64,000 nucleotides of DNA from the human T2T-CHM13v2.0 reference genome, Homo sapiens: NCBI GenBank assembly GCA_009914755.4, contig CP068257.2, positions 12,192,001 to 12,256,000 of the forward strand, given 5' to 3'. Both the position numbers and the translations under genes were made by a program. The notes beneath the pieces were generated by a model. The model saw nothing but the letters and a program-made list of their open reading frames with translations, was not told the origin of the DNA and did no database searches. Within the stretch, counting starts at the first letter, position 1, and each line of letters opens with the position of its first letter. Below are positions 26,236 to 39,345 of the stretch, one piece after another.

Positions 26236-29200
26236 AGTTTTAATTGGCTCATGGTTCTGCAGGTTGTAAAGGCAGCAAGTGGTTTCTGCTTCTGGGAGGA
26301 CTCAGGGAGCCTCCCAATCATACCAAAAGGCCAAGTGACAATGAGATATTCCATATGGCAGGAGTAGGAAGAAGACACAGAGAAGGAAGAGGTGCCACAC
26401 CAGTTTATACAACCAGATCTCATGAGAACTCACTATCAGGAGATCAGCATCAGGAAGATTAACCAATGGTGAAGGATCCACCCACACCACCGCCTACTGT
26501 TTCCAGGCAGAAGCCTCCTGCAGAGCAGAACCTCTTGGAGAACCTCTACGAGTGCAGTGCAGAAGGAAAATATGGGCTTGGAGCCCCCACACAGGAGGCC
26601 ACCATCCTCCAGACTGCAGATACATAGACCCAACAGCTTGCACTCTCTGCGTGGAACAGCTACAGGCACTCCACACCAGCCCAGCCCATGAGAGCAGCCA
26701 TGGGGGCTACACCCTGCAAAACCACAGGTGCACTGCCCTAGTACAGACTTTCCATGAGCCTCTGCCTCTGCAGCAGGCTACTCCCCCTTCCTGCTACCCA
26801 CCACCCTCTCACCACCCTACTAACAACCTACTCCTCACCCTACCCACCCCTTTTCCTTCCACCCCCGGCCCCCGACCATCCACGATTAAATCACCTCCAG
26901 CCAGGCCCCACCTCCAACATTAAAGATTACAATTCACTTGAGTTTTGTTAAAGAAACACAGCCAAATCATATTATTCTGACCCTGATCCCCACAGTCTCA
27001 TGTGCTTCTCACAGAGAAAAATATATTCATGCCTTTTCAAAAGTTTCCAAAAGTCTTAAATCATTCCAACATTAACTCAAATATAAAAAAATCAACTTCT
27101 CATCTGAGACAGTTCTACAGTACGTTTTGCCTATGAGTCTCTGAATTTAAAAGGATGTTCTTTTCTTTCAAGGTACAATAATGGTACAGGCTTTGGGTAA
27201 GATTTTTCAATCCAGAGGGAAGAAATTTCCGAGGAAGGAAACACAAATGGGACCACAGGCCCAATACAAGTCCAAAACCCAGAAGGCCAGTATCCATTCA
27301 ATCTTACAGCTCCAAAATCATGAAGAGAACTCACTATCACAAGGACAGCAATAAGGAGAATGTTTAATCATTTGTGAAGCATCCGCCCCACAACTCCCAA
27401 TTTTCACTCCTCACCCGCACCACAAATCCCCCATTCTCCCTACGCCCCATCTTCCAACCCCAACTCTCCACCGTGATTAAATCACCTTCCACCAGGCCCC
27501 ACCTTTAACATTCCGATGACAATTCCACATGAGTTTTGGTAGAGACACAGAGCTGAATTTTATTATTCTGTCCCTGGCTCCCCAAATCTCATGTCCTTCT
27601 CACATTGAAAAATATAATGATGCCTTCCCTACAATCCCCCAAAATCTTATATCATTACAGCATTTATTCAAATGTTGAAAGCTTAAAGTCTCATCTGGCA
27701 CAAGGCTACAGTTGCTTAGGCCCATGAGCCTCTGAACTATAAAGCAAGTTAACTACTTCCAAGGTACAATGTTTGTAGAGCCATTGGGTAAGCATTCCCA
27801 GCCAAAAGAAAGAATTTTGCCAGAAAAAAAACAAAACATAGACAGGACTTACCGGTCCCATGAAACTCCAAAACCAAAAGGCCAGTCATTCAATCCTACA
27901 GCTCCAAAATCACCCTTTTTGAAACCCTGTCCCACATCCAGGGCACAGGGGTGTGAGGGCTGGGCTCCCAAGGCCTTGGGCAGCGTGGCATCTGTGGCTT
28001 TGCAGGGTTTATGCCCACGGCTGCCCTCAGGACCTCGGCTGGTGTTGAGTGCCTGTGACTTTTCCCCACTAAGGATACAAGTTGTTGGGCGTCTATGAAT
28101 CTGGGGTCTGCATGATGGTGGCCTCCAGTGTGGAGGCTCCAACCCCATGTTTTCCTTCTGCACTGCCCTAGTAGAAGTTTCATATAAGGCTCTGCCTTTT
28201 TGGGATGTTTTTGCCTGGACACCCAGGCATTTCCATACATCTTCCAAAATCTATAGAGAGGTTTCCAAGCCTCTGGTCTCATGCTCCGTCCACCAATGGC
28301 TTAACACAATGAGGAAATTACCAAGGCTTCTAGCTGGCACCCTCTGTAGCAGTGACCCAAGCTGTAGCTGTGCATCTTTCAGTCATGGCTGGAGCTGGAG
28401 CTGGAGCTGGAGCTGGAGCTGCAGGGATGCAGGCAGCAGTGTCCTGAGGCTGCACACAGAGGGGGGGCATGGAACTGGCCCAGGAAACCATTCTTCTCTC
28501 CTAGGCCCCAGGGCCTGTAACAGCAAGGGCTGCTGCAAAGGTCTCTGAAATGCCTTCAAGGCCTTTTCCCTATTGTCTTTTCTATTAGCACTGGGCTCCT
28601 TTTCATGCAAGTTTCTGAAGCCTTCCTCAACTTTCCCCCTGAAAATCAGCTTTTCTTTTTGACCACATGGCCAGGCTGCAAATTTTCCAAACTTTTGAGT
28701 TCTGTTTCTCATGTAATGTGAGAGTTGGGACTCATTTAATGTAAGTCTCATCCAGAAGTCATTTCCTCCATCACACATAAGAACACAGGCTGTGTGATGC
28801 AGACAGGACACCTCTTGAGTTTGCTGCTCAGTTCATTCCACCAGATACTCAGTAAATCATCACCCTCAAGTTCAAAATTTCACAGATCTCCAGGGCGAGG
28901 TCACCGTGCAGCCACGTTCTTTGCTAAGGAAACAAAAGTAACTTTGACTTCTGTTCCCAGTAAGAGCTTCATTTTCATCTGAGACCTTCTAAGTCGGGCT
29001 TTCACTAACCATTTTCCTGTGAGCCTTCTGATCACAAGTGTTTAGCAATTCTTTACAAAGATCCAAACTTTCTTTCATCTTCTTGTCTTTGAAGCCCTCC
29101 AAACTCTCCCGACCTCTGTCCGCTACTCCCTTCTGAATCTGCTTCTACATTATCACTATCTTTGCCACAGCCTGGCAATGTGGTAAAGGAAAACAAGTCC

Positions 29201-29331
29201 ATTTTCAGGGGAAAATTCATGAAGCCTTCACATACTTGAATGAAAAGAAGCTGAGTGCTGATTGCCACGACAATGACATTTAATAGTTCCACTTTGCACT
29301 ACTAATTTTCTCTATGATCATAAAGAAAAGA
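26236..29331. repeat. Monomer m7 (A-type), first monomer of HOR copy 2
   Basis: It is homologous to 6883-9994 at a +19.35 kb offset. Confidence 0.9.
28391..28420. repeat. (GGAGCT)5 microsatellite in the A-type monomer of copy 2
   Basis: 'ggagctggagctggagctggagctggagctgcaggg' sits at the position equivalent to 9041-9082. Confidence 0.9.
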
Positions 29332-32300
29332 AGTTTAATTGGCTCATGATTCTGCAGACCATAAGGAAACATAATGGCTTCTGAATCTGGGAGGACTCAG
29401 GAAGCCTTCCAATCATACCAGAATGTCCAGGGGCAATGACATGATTCATGTGGCAGGAGTAGACACAAGACACACACAGGAGAGAGGGCCACACCCTATT
29501 ATACAAACAGATCTCATGAGAACTCACTATCACAAGGTCAGCATCATGAAGATGGTGCTTAAACATTGAGGAAGGAACAACCACCCACCCCCAACTCCCA
29601 CTGTTTCCAAACAGAAGCCTGCTGCAGAGGCAGAGCCTCTTGGAAAACCTCTACCAGGGAAGTGTGGAAGGAAAATATGGGCTTGAAGCCCCCATGCAGA
29701 TGGCCACCAACCTCCAGACCCCAGATTCATAGACCCACCAAGAGCTCACACCCTCTGTGGAAAAGCTACAGGCACTCAACAACAGCCCAGACCGTGAGAG
29801 CAGCTGCAGGGGCTAAACCCTGCAAAGCCACAGGTGCTCTGTCCTAGTAGAACTTTTCCATGAGGCTTTGCCTCTGCAGCAGGCTGCTCCCCCTTGCTAC
29901 TACCCCCCACGCTCCCACCATTCTACTGCCAGCCTACTCCTCCCCACCCTAACCAACCCTTTTGTGATACCCTACCTTGTTTTAACCTGGTCGACTCTCC
30001 CTTAGCTGAGAGGGCCAGACAGACTCCATCTTGGCTCCTTCACTTGCAGCCCCTTACCCACCCCCCTTCCTCAAGGACTTAACTTGTGCAAGCTGACTCC
30101 CAGCACATCAAAGAATGCAATTACTGATAAGATACTCTGGCAAGCTATATCCACAGTTCCCAGGAATTCGCCCGGTTGATAGTACACAAAACCCCAGCAT
30201 TTGTGTCCAGTTGATAGCACCCAAAGCCCCCACATCTATCACCTTTGGATGGATTTAAAGCCCCTGCACATGGAAATGTTTGTTTTCCTGTAGCCATTTA
30301 TCTTTTTAACTTTTTTGCCTGTTTTGCTGCTGTGAGAGTCCTTCAGCGAGGCTCCCCCTCCCCTTTCTAAACCAAAGTATAAAAGAAAATCTAGCCCCTT
30401 CTTCCAGGCCAAGAGAATTTTGAGCACCAGCGGTCTCTCAGTTGCCGGCAATAAAGGTCTCCTGAAGTCGTCTCATGGTTTGGCGTTTCTCTACAACTCA
30501 CTCGGTTACAACCCTTTTCCTTCCACCCCAATCTCCTCCAATCAATGACTAAATGATCTCCCCCAGGCCCCACCTTCAACATTTGGAATTACAATTGCAC
30601 CTGAATTTTTATAGGGACACACAGCCAAACCATATTATTCTGACCCTGATATTCCAGAATCTCATGTCCTTAACACAGAGCAAAATACAATCATGCCTTT
30701 TCAAAACTTCCAACAGCCTTAACTCATTCCAAGTGTAAAAAGTTCAAAGTCTCATCTGAGACAAGGCTACTGTCCCTTCTGCCCATGGGTTCCTGAATTT
30801 AAAAGAGATTTCTTTTCTTTCAAGGTACAATGATGGTACAGGTGTTGTGTAAGCTTTCTCAATCCAAAGGGAAGAAATTTCCCAGAATACACAAACGGGA
30901 CCGCAGGGCAAATGCAAGTCCAACACCCAGCAGGACACTATTCACTCAATCTCACAGCTCAAAAATCATCAAGAGAACTCACTATCATGCGGACAGCATT
31001 AAGGAGATAGCGTTTACCCATTTGTGAAGAATCTTCCATCCCACCCTCATCTTTCACTCCCACCCACAAAATAATCTCTCCCATTCTCCCCACACCCCTA
31101 CCTCCAACATCCACTCTTCTCCATGATTAAATCACCTCCCACCAGGTCCCACCTTTAACATTCCCCACGACAATTCCACATGAATATTGGTAGAGAGACA
31201 GAATCAAATCGTATTATTCTGACTCTTGCTCCCCAAATCTTGTATCCTTGTCACGCTGCAAAATACAATGATGACTTCTCTACTGTCCCCCAATGACTTA
31301 ACTCATTCCAGCATTTACTGAAATGTCCAAGGACTTACAGACCCCATACAAGTCAAAAACCCAGCAGGCCAGTCATTGAATCCTACAGCTCCAAATCATT
31401 TTTTCTGAATGGATATCTCACATCCAGAGCACAGGCGTGTCATGGCTGGGCTCCCAAGGCCTTGGGCAGCTCTGCACCTGTGGCTGTGCATGGTCTATCC
31501 CCCACAGCTGCCCTCATGGGCTGGGCTGGTGTTGAGTGCCTGTAGCTTTTCCAAACTAAGGTTGGAAAAGCCAGCTGTTGGTGGGTCTATGAATCTGGGG
31601 TCTGGAGAATGGTGCCTCCATGTTTAGGGACTCCAGTCTTATATTCTCCTTCTGTACTGCCCTAGTAAAGGTTTCCCATGAGGCTTTGCCTCTTGGAAAA
31701 GCTTCTACCTGAAAACCCAGGTTTTTCCGTAGATACTCTGGAGTCTAGACAAAGGCTCCCAAGCCTCTAGTTTTGTTCTCTGTGCACCTGCTGGCTTAAC
31801 ACTATGTGGAAGCCACCAAGGCTTGAAGCTTACACCCCTGAAGCATGATGCAAGCTGTACCTGTGCATCTTTCAGCCATGGCTGGAACTAGAGCTGCAGG
31901 GATGCAGGCAGCAGTGTCTTGAGACTGCACATAGAGGGGGGTCATGGAACTGGCCTAGGAAACCATTCTTCTCTCCGAGGCCCCAGGGCCTATGATAGCA
32001 AGGGCTGCTGCAAAGGTTTCTGAAATGGCTTCAAGGCCTTTTCCCTATTGTCTTGGCTATTAGCACTGGGTTCCTTTTCATGCAAATTTCCGAAGCCTTC
32101 CTCAGTTTTCCCCTGAAAATCAGATTTTCTTTTTGACCATTTGGCCAGGCTGCACATTTTTGAGTTCTGTTTCTCATTCAATATAAGAGTTGGGACTCAT
32201 TTAATGTAAGACCCATCCAGATGTCATTTCCTCGGTCACACATAAGGGCACGGGCTGTTCGATACAGACAGGACACCCCTTGAGCTTTGCTGCCCAGAAG

Positions 32301-32821
32301 TTTATTCCATCAGATACACAGTAAGTCATCACCCACAAGTTCAAAGTTTCACAGATCTCCAGGGCAGTGTCACTGTGCAGCCACGTTCTTTGCTACAGCA
32401 AAACAAAAGGCACCTTGGCTCCTGTTTGCAGTAAGTTCCTCATTTTCATCTCACAGCCTCTCAATCTGATCCTTACTGTCTATTTTCCTGTGAGCCTTCT
32501 GATCACAAGTATTCAACAATTCTTTACAAAGATCCAAACTTACCCTCATCTCCCTGTCTTTGAAGTCCTCCAAACTCTCCAGAACTCCATCTGCTACCCC
32601 CTTCTGAACCTGCTTCTACATTATCAGCTATCTTTGTCATACCCTGGCAATGTGGTAAAGGAAGACAAGCCCATTTTCCGGGGAAAAATTCAAGGAGGTT
32701 TCAGATACTTGAATAAAAAGAAGCTGAGTGCTGATTGCCAAGACATTAGAGAGAAGGCCTTGAAGACATTTAATAGATCCACTTTGCAGTAATAATTTTC
32801 TCCATGATCATAAAGAAAAGA
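29332..32821. repeat. Monomer m8 (B-type)
   Basis: It is homologous to 9995-13496. Confidence 0.9.
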
Positions 32822-35800
32822 GGTTTAATAGGTTAATGATTCTGCAGGCTGTAAGGAAGCATAGTGGCTTCTGCATCTGACAGGACTCAGGAAGCCTCCC
32901 AATCATACCAGAACGTCAAGGGGCAAGGAGATGTCTCATTTGGCAGAAGTAGGAGCAAGACAGAGAAAGGAAACAGGTGTCATGCCCCATTACACAAGCA
33001 GATCTCATGAGAACTCACTATCACAAGGTCAGCATCTAGAAAATGGTGCTTAAACATTGGTGAAGGATCCGCCCCACACACCCAACTCCCACTGTTTCCA
33101 GGCAGAAGCCTCCTTCAGATGCAGAGCCTCTTGGAAAACCTCTATTATGGAAGTGCAGAAGGAAAATATGGGCTTGAAGTCCCCACACAGGTGGCCACCA
33201 ACCTCCAGACCCCGGATTCATAGGCCCACCAACAACTCACGCCCTTAGTGTAGAAAAGCTACAGGCCCTCAATACCAGCCCACCCCACGAGAACAGCTGA
33301 GGGGCTAAAACCTGCAAAGCCACAGGTGCACTGCCCTAGTAGAGGTTTTCCACGAGGCTTTGCCTCTGCAGCAGGCTACTCCCCCTTCCTACTACCCCCC
33401 ACCCTCCCACCACCCTACTGCCAACCCACTCCTCCCAATCCTACCCATCCCTTTTACCTTCCACCGCCACCAACCCCCTGTCCATAATTAAGTCACCTAC
33501 TTCAACATTAGGGATTACAATTCCACATGAGTTTCATAGGGACACACAGGAAAACCATATAATTCTGACCCTGATATTCCAGAATCTCATGTCCTTATCA
33601 CAGAGCAAAATACAGTCATGACTTCTCAAAAGTTTGCAAAAGTCTTAACTCATTCCAAATGTAAAAAATTCAGTCTCATCTGAGACAAGGCCACAGTCCC
33701 TTCTGTCTATGAGTCCCTGAATTTAAAACGGAGTTCTTTTCTTTCAAGGTACAATGATGGTAGAGACATTGTGTAAGCTTTCTCAGTCCAAAGGGAAGAA
33801 ATTTCCCAGAAAAATAACACAAATGGGCCTACAGGCCCAATGCAAGTCCAAAACCCAGCGGGACAGTATTCACTCAGTCTCTCAGCTCCAAAATCATCAA
33901 GAGAACTCACTATCATGTGAACAGCATTAAGGAGAGTGTGTTTATCCATTTGTGAAACATCCGCCCCCCACCCTCATCTTTCACTCCCACCCACAAAAAA
34001 ATCTCTTCTATTCTCCCCACTCCCTTACCTCCAACCCCCATGCTTCTCCATGATTAAATCGCCTCCCACCAGGCCCCATTTTTAACATTCCCCATTATAA
34101 TTCCACATGATTTTGGTAGGGATGCAGAGCCAAATCATATTATTCTGACCCTGGCCCCCGTATCTCATGTTCTTCTCACACTGCAAAATACAATGATGCC
34201 TTCTCTACAGTTTCCCAATCTCTTAACTCATTCCAGCATTTACTGAAATGTCCAAAGCCCAAAGTCTCTTCTGAGACAAGGCTGCAGTCCCTTCTGCCCC
34301 TGAGCCTCTGAAATACAAAGCAAGTTAACTACTTCCAAGGTACAATGATTTTACAGGCATTGGATAAGTATTCCCAGTCAAAAGGAAAAAATTTGCCAGA
34401 AAGAAGCACAAAACACAGTTGAGACTTACAAACACCATGCAAGTCAAAAACCCAGCAGGATAGTCATTGAATCTTACAGCTCCAAATCATTTTTTTTTAA
34501 ATCCAGATCCCACATCCAGAGCACTAGGGTATGAGGCCTGGGCTCCAAAGGCCTTGGGCAGCTCTGCACCTGTGGCTTTGCAAGGTCTAACCTCCACAGT
34601 GGCTCTCATGGGCTGGGCTAGTGTTGAGTACCTGCAGCTTTTCCACAATGAGGGTGCAAGCTGGTAGAGAGTCTATGAATCTGGCATTTGCAGAATGGTG
34701 CTACCCTGTATGGGAGTTCCAACCCTATATGTTCCTTCTGTACTGCCCTACTAAAGGAGGCTCTGCCTCTTGGAAAATTTTGACCTGGACACCCAGGTTT
34801 TTCCATATGTACTCTGGAGTCTAGAAAAAGGATCCCCAGCCTCCAGTTTTGTTCTCTGCACACCTGCTGGCTTAACACTATGTGGAAGCCACCAAAGCCT
34901 GCAGCTTGTGCCCCCTGAAGCAGTGACCCAAGCTGTACATGTGCATCTTTCAGCCATGGCTGGAGCTGGAGCTTCAGGAATGCAGCCAGCAGTGTCCTGA
35001 GGATGGACACAAGAGTGGGGCCATGGTGCTGGAGAAGGAAACCATTCTTTTCTCCCAGGCCTCAGGGCCTGTGATAGCAAGGGCTGCTACAAAAGTCTCT
35101 GAAATGCCTTCATGGCCTTTTTAACACTGTATTGGCTATTAGCACTCAACTCCATTTTATGCAAATTTCTGAAGACTTCTTGAACTTTCTCACTGACAAT
35201 CAGCTTTTCTTTTTGACCACTTGGCCAGGCTGCAAATTTTCCAAACTTTTAAATATGTTTCACCATGAGGTCATTTCTTTGGTCACATATAGGACCACAG
35301 GCTGTTCGACACAGACAGGACACCTCTTAAGCTTTGCTGCATAAAATTTCCTTCCAACAGATACAATCTAAATTATCACCCTGATGTTCAAAATTTCACA
35401 GGTCTCCAGGTTAAGGACATCGTGCCGCAACGTTCTTTGCTAAGGAAAAAACAAAAGTGACCTTGCCTCCTGTTCCCAGCAAGCTCCTCATTTTCATGTG
35501 AGACCTTCTAAGCCTGGTGATCACTGTCCATCCTTCTGTCACCTTTTTAATTACAACTATTTGACAAGTCTCTACACTGATCCAAACTTTTCCTCATCTT
35601 CCTGTCTTCTTCCAAGACCTCTAAACTCTCCAACCTCTGGCCATTACACACTTCTTAACCTGCTTCTACATTTTCAGCTACATGTGTCACAGCCTGGCAA
35701 TGTGGTAAAAGAAGAAAAGTCCATTTCAGGAGAAAAATTAATGCAGGCTTCAGACATTTCCCTGAAAAGAAGCTGAGTGCTGATCACCAATACAACAAGG

Positions 35801-35870
35801 AAAAGGTCTTGAAGGCATTTCATAGCTCCACTTCACAGCACTAATTTTCTGTATAATCAGAAAGAAAAGA
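32822..35870. repeat. Monomer m9 (C-type, full length)
   Basis: It is homologous to 13497-16361 and retains the ~190 bp segment 35291-35485 that copy 1 lacks. Confidence 0.9.
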
Positions 35871-38800
35871 GGTTGAACTGGCTCATGGTTCTGCAAGCTT
35901 TAAATAAATCATAGAGGTTTCTGCTTCTGGGAGGACTCAGGAAGCCTCCCAATCATACCAGAAGACCAAGCAGCAATGGGATGTTTTATATGGCAGAAGT
36001 AGAAACAAGACAGAGAGAGGAAAAAGCTGCCACATGTTGTATAAACCTGTTATACAAGCAGATTTCCTGAGAACTCACTATCACAAGGTCAGCATCAAGA
36101 AGATGTTGCTTAAACACTGGTGAAAGATCTGCCCCCTACCACCCCTCCCCCCACTGTTTCCAGGCAGAAGCCTGAGGCAGAGGCAGAGCCACTAGGAAAA
36201 CCTCTACTAGGGCAGTGCAGAAAAAATATATGGGCTTGTAGGCCCCACACAGGAGGTTACCATCCTCCAGACCCAAGATTCATAGACCCACCAGCAGCTT
36301 GCACTCTCAGTATGGAAAAGCCACAGGCACTCAACACCAGCCCAGCCCATGGGAGCAAACACGGGGGCTAAAGCCTGCAAAGCCACAGGTGCACTGCCCT
36401 GGTATAGAGGTTTTCCATGAGGCTCTGCCTCTGCAGCAGGCTACTCCCCCTTTCTACTGCCCACCACCCTCTCACCACCCTACTGCCAGCCTATTTCTCC
36501 CCACCCTACACACTTGTTTCTCTTCCACCCCTACCACTCTGCCGTTTGTGGTTAAATCACATCCCACTAGGCCCCACCTACAACAGTCAGGAATACAATT
36601 CCCCATGAGTTTTTGTAGGGAAACACAGCCAAACCATATTATTCTGATCCTGACACCCCCACATCTCATATCCTTCTCACACAGAAAAATACAAACAGGC
36701 CTTTTCAAGAGTTTCCAAAAGTCTTAACTCACTCCAGCAGTAACTCAAATGTAGTAAGTTCAAATCTCAACCAACAGAAGGCTGCAATCTCTTCTGCCTA
36801 TGAGTCCCTGAATGTAAAAGACAATTCTTTTCTTTCAAGTTATAATGATGGCACAGGCACTGGGTAAGCTTTCTCAAACCAAAGGGAAGATTTTCCCAGA
36901 AAAAATAACACAATTGGTACACAGGCCCAATCCGAGTCCAAAACCCAGCAGGACAGCATTCATTTATCATGAGAACTCACTATCACACAGACTGCATTAA
37001 GGAGATAGTATTTAACCATTTGTGAAGGATTTGCCACCCATCCCCATGTTTTGCCCTCACCCACACCATGAACCTCCATTCTCCCACATCCCACATCCCC
37101 CTTCCAACCCCCATTCCCTACCATGATTAAATCACCTTCTACCAAGCCCCACATTTAACATTCCCCATTACAATTCCACATAAGTTTTGGTAGGGACACA
37201 GAGCCAAATCATATTATTCTTCCTTTGGCCCCCCCAATCTCATGTCTTTCTCATACTGCAAAATACAATGATGCATTCTCTACAGTCCCCCAATGTCTGA
37301 AATCATTCCAGCATTTACTCAAATGTCCATTTGTGAAGGATCCGCCCCCACCCCTGCCTTTCACCCCCAACCCCACCACAATCCCAACCCTCACCACCCC
37401 CCAATCCCCCACCTCCCCACCACCACAATCCCCCCAACCCTCCCCGTCCCACAATCGCCCCAACCCTCCCAACCATCCAACCTCCACTCTCCACCAGGAT
37501 TAAATCACCTTCCACCAGCCCCCACCTTTAACATTTCCCATTAAAATTCCACATGAGTTTTGGTAGAGACACAGAGCCAAAACATATTATTTTGTCCCTG
37601 GTCCCCCAAAGTTCATGTCTTTCTCACATTGCAAAATGCAATGATGCCTTCCCTAGAGTCCCCCAAGTCTTAACTCATCCCAACATTTACTCAAATATCC
37701 AAAGCCCAAAGTCTCTTCTGAGACAAGGCTGCCGGATCTTTTGCCCCGAGCCTCTGAAATACAAAGCAAGTTAACCACTTCCAAGGTGCAATGATTGTAC
37801 AGGCTTTGGGTAAGCATTCCCAGCCAAAAAGAAGAAATTTGCCAGAAAGAAGCACAAAACACAGATGGGACTTAAAACTCCCTGCAAGTCAAAAACCCAG
37901 CAGGCCAGTCATTCCATCATACAGCTCCAAATCATCTTTTTGGAATCTATGTCCACATCCAGAGCACAGGGTGGTGTGACAGCTGGGATCCCAAGGCCTT
38001 GGGCAGCTCTGCACCTGTGGCATTGCAGAATCTTTCCCCTACAGCTGCCCTCATTGGCTAGGCTGGTGTTGAGTGCCTGTAGCTTTTCAACACTAAGGGT
38101 GCAAGCAGTTGGTGGGTCTATGAAACTGGGGCCTGGAAAATTGTGCCCCCCTGTATGGGGACTCCAACCCTATACTCTCCTTGTGTACTGCCCCAGTAGA
38201 GGTTTACCATGATGCTCTGCCTCTTGGAAAAGCTTCTGGTTGGACAATCAGGCTTTCTGATACATGCTCTGGAGTCTAGATGAAGGCTCAGAAGCTTCTA
38301 GACCTTGCTTTGTGCACCTGCTGGCTTAACACCATGTGGAGGCCACCAAGTCTATGAGCTTGCATCCTCTGAAGCAGTGACACAAGCTGTACCTGTGCAT
38401 CTTTCATCCATGGCTGGAGCTGGAGATGGAGCTGCAGGGATGCAGGCAGCAGTGTCCTGAGGCTGCACACAGCAGTGGAGCCATGGGGCTGGCCCAGGAA
38501 ACCATCCTTTTCTCCTAGGCCCCAGGGCCAGTGACAGCAAGGGCTGCTACAAAAGTCTCTGAAATGCCTTCAAGGCCTTTTTCCCATTATCTTGAATTAT
38601 TAGCACTCGGCTCCTTTTTATGCAAATATCTGAAGCCTTCTTGACTTTCCCCCTGAAAATCAGCTTTTCTTTCTGACCACTTGTGGAGATTACAAATTTT
38701 CCATATGTTTAAGCTCTGCTTCTCATTTAAATATAAGTTCCAACTTATAGTCATTTCTTTGACCACACATAGGTGCACAGGGTGTTCAATGTAGGTAGGA

Positions 38801-39345
38801 GAACTCTTGAGCATTGTTGCTTAGAAGTTCATTCCACCAGATACACTCTAAATCATCACCCTCAAGTTCAGTTTCACAGATCTCCTGGGAAGGATCAATG
38901 TGTAGTCAATTACTTTGCTAAAGCAAAACAAAAAACCTTGGCTCCTGTTCCCAGTAAGTCCTTCATTTTCACCTGACATCTTGTAAGCCTGGCCTTCACT
39001 GTCCATCCTTATGTTAGCCTTTTAATCACAACTATTTAACAAGTCTCTGCAATGGTCCAAACTTTCCCTCATCTTCCTGTCTTCTTCCAAGCTCTCCGAA
39101 CTCTCTAACCTCTGGCCATTACCTAATTCAGAACCTGCTTCTACACTGTCAGCTATCTTTTTCGCAGCCTGGCAATGTGGTAAAAGAAGAAAAGACCATT
39201 ATCAGGGGGAAACATCAAGAAGGCCTCCAATATCTGCATTGAAAAAAGCTCAGTGCTAATAGCCAAGAGATTGGGGGAAAGGCCTAGAAGTCATTTCATA
39301 GCTTCACTTCACAGCATTAATTTTCTGTATCTACATAAAGAAAAG
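35871..39345. repeat. Monomer m10 (D-type)
   Basis: It is homologous to 16362-19780. 'atgattaaatcacc'-type ends occur at about 36550, 37125 and 37500. Confidence 0.9.
37343..37495 (+). repeat. Strongly C-rich (CCCCA/CCCAA-type) low-complexity tract; it is the G-rich strand on the minus side; similar tracts occur in D- and F-type monomers
   Basis: 'ccccacccctgcctttcacccccaaccccaccacaatcccaaccctcaccaccccccaatcccccacctccccaccaccacaatccccccaaccctccccgtcccacaatcgccccaaccctcccaacc'. Similar tracts lie at about 17815-17925, 24225-24335, 43785-43895 and 53540-53650. Confidence 0.85.
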
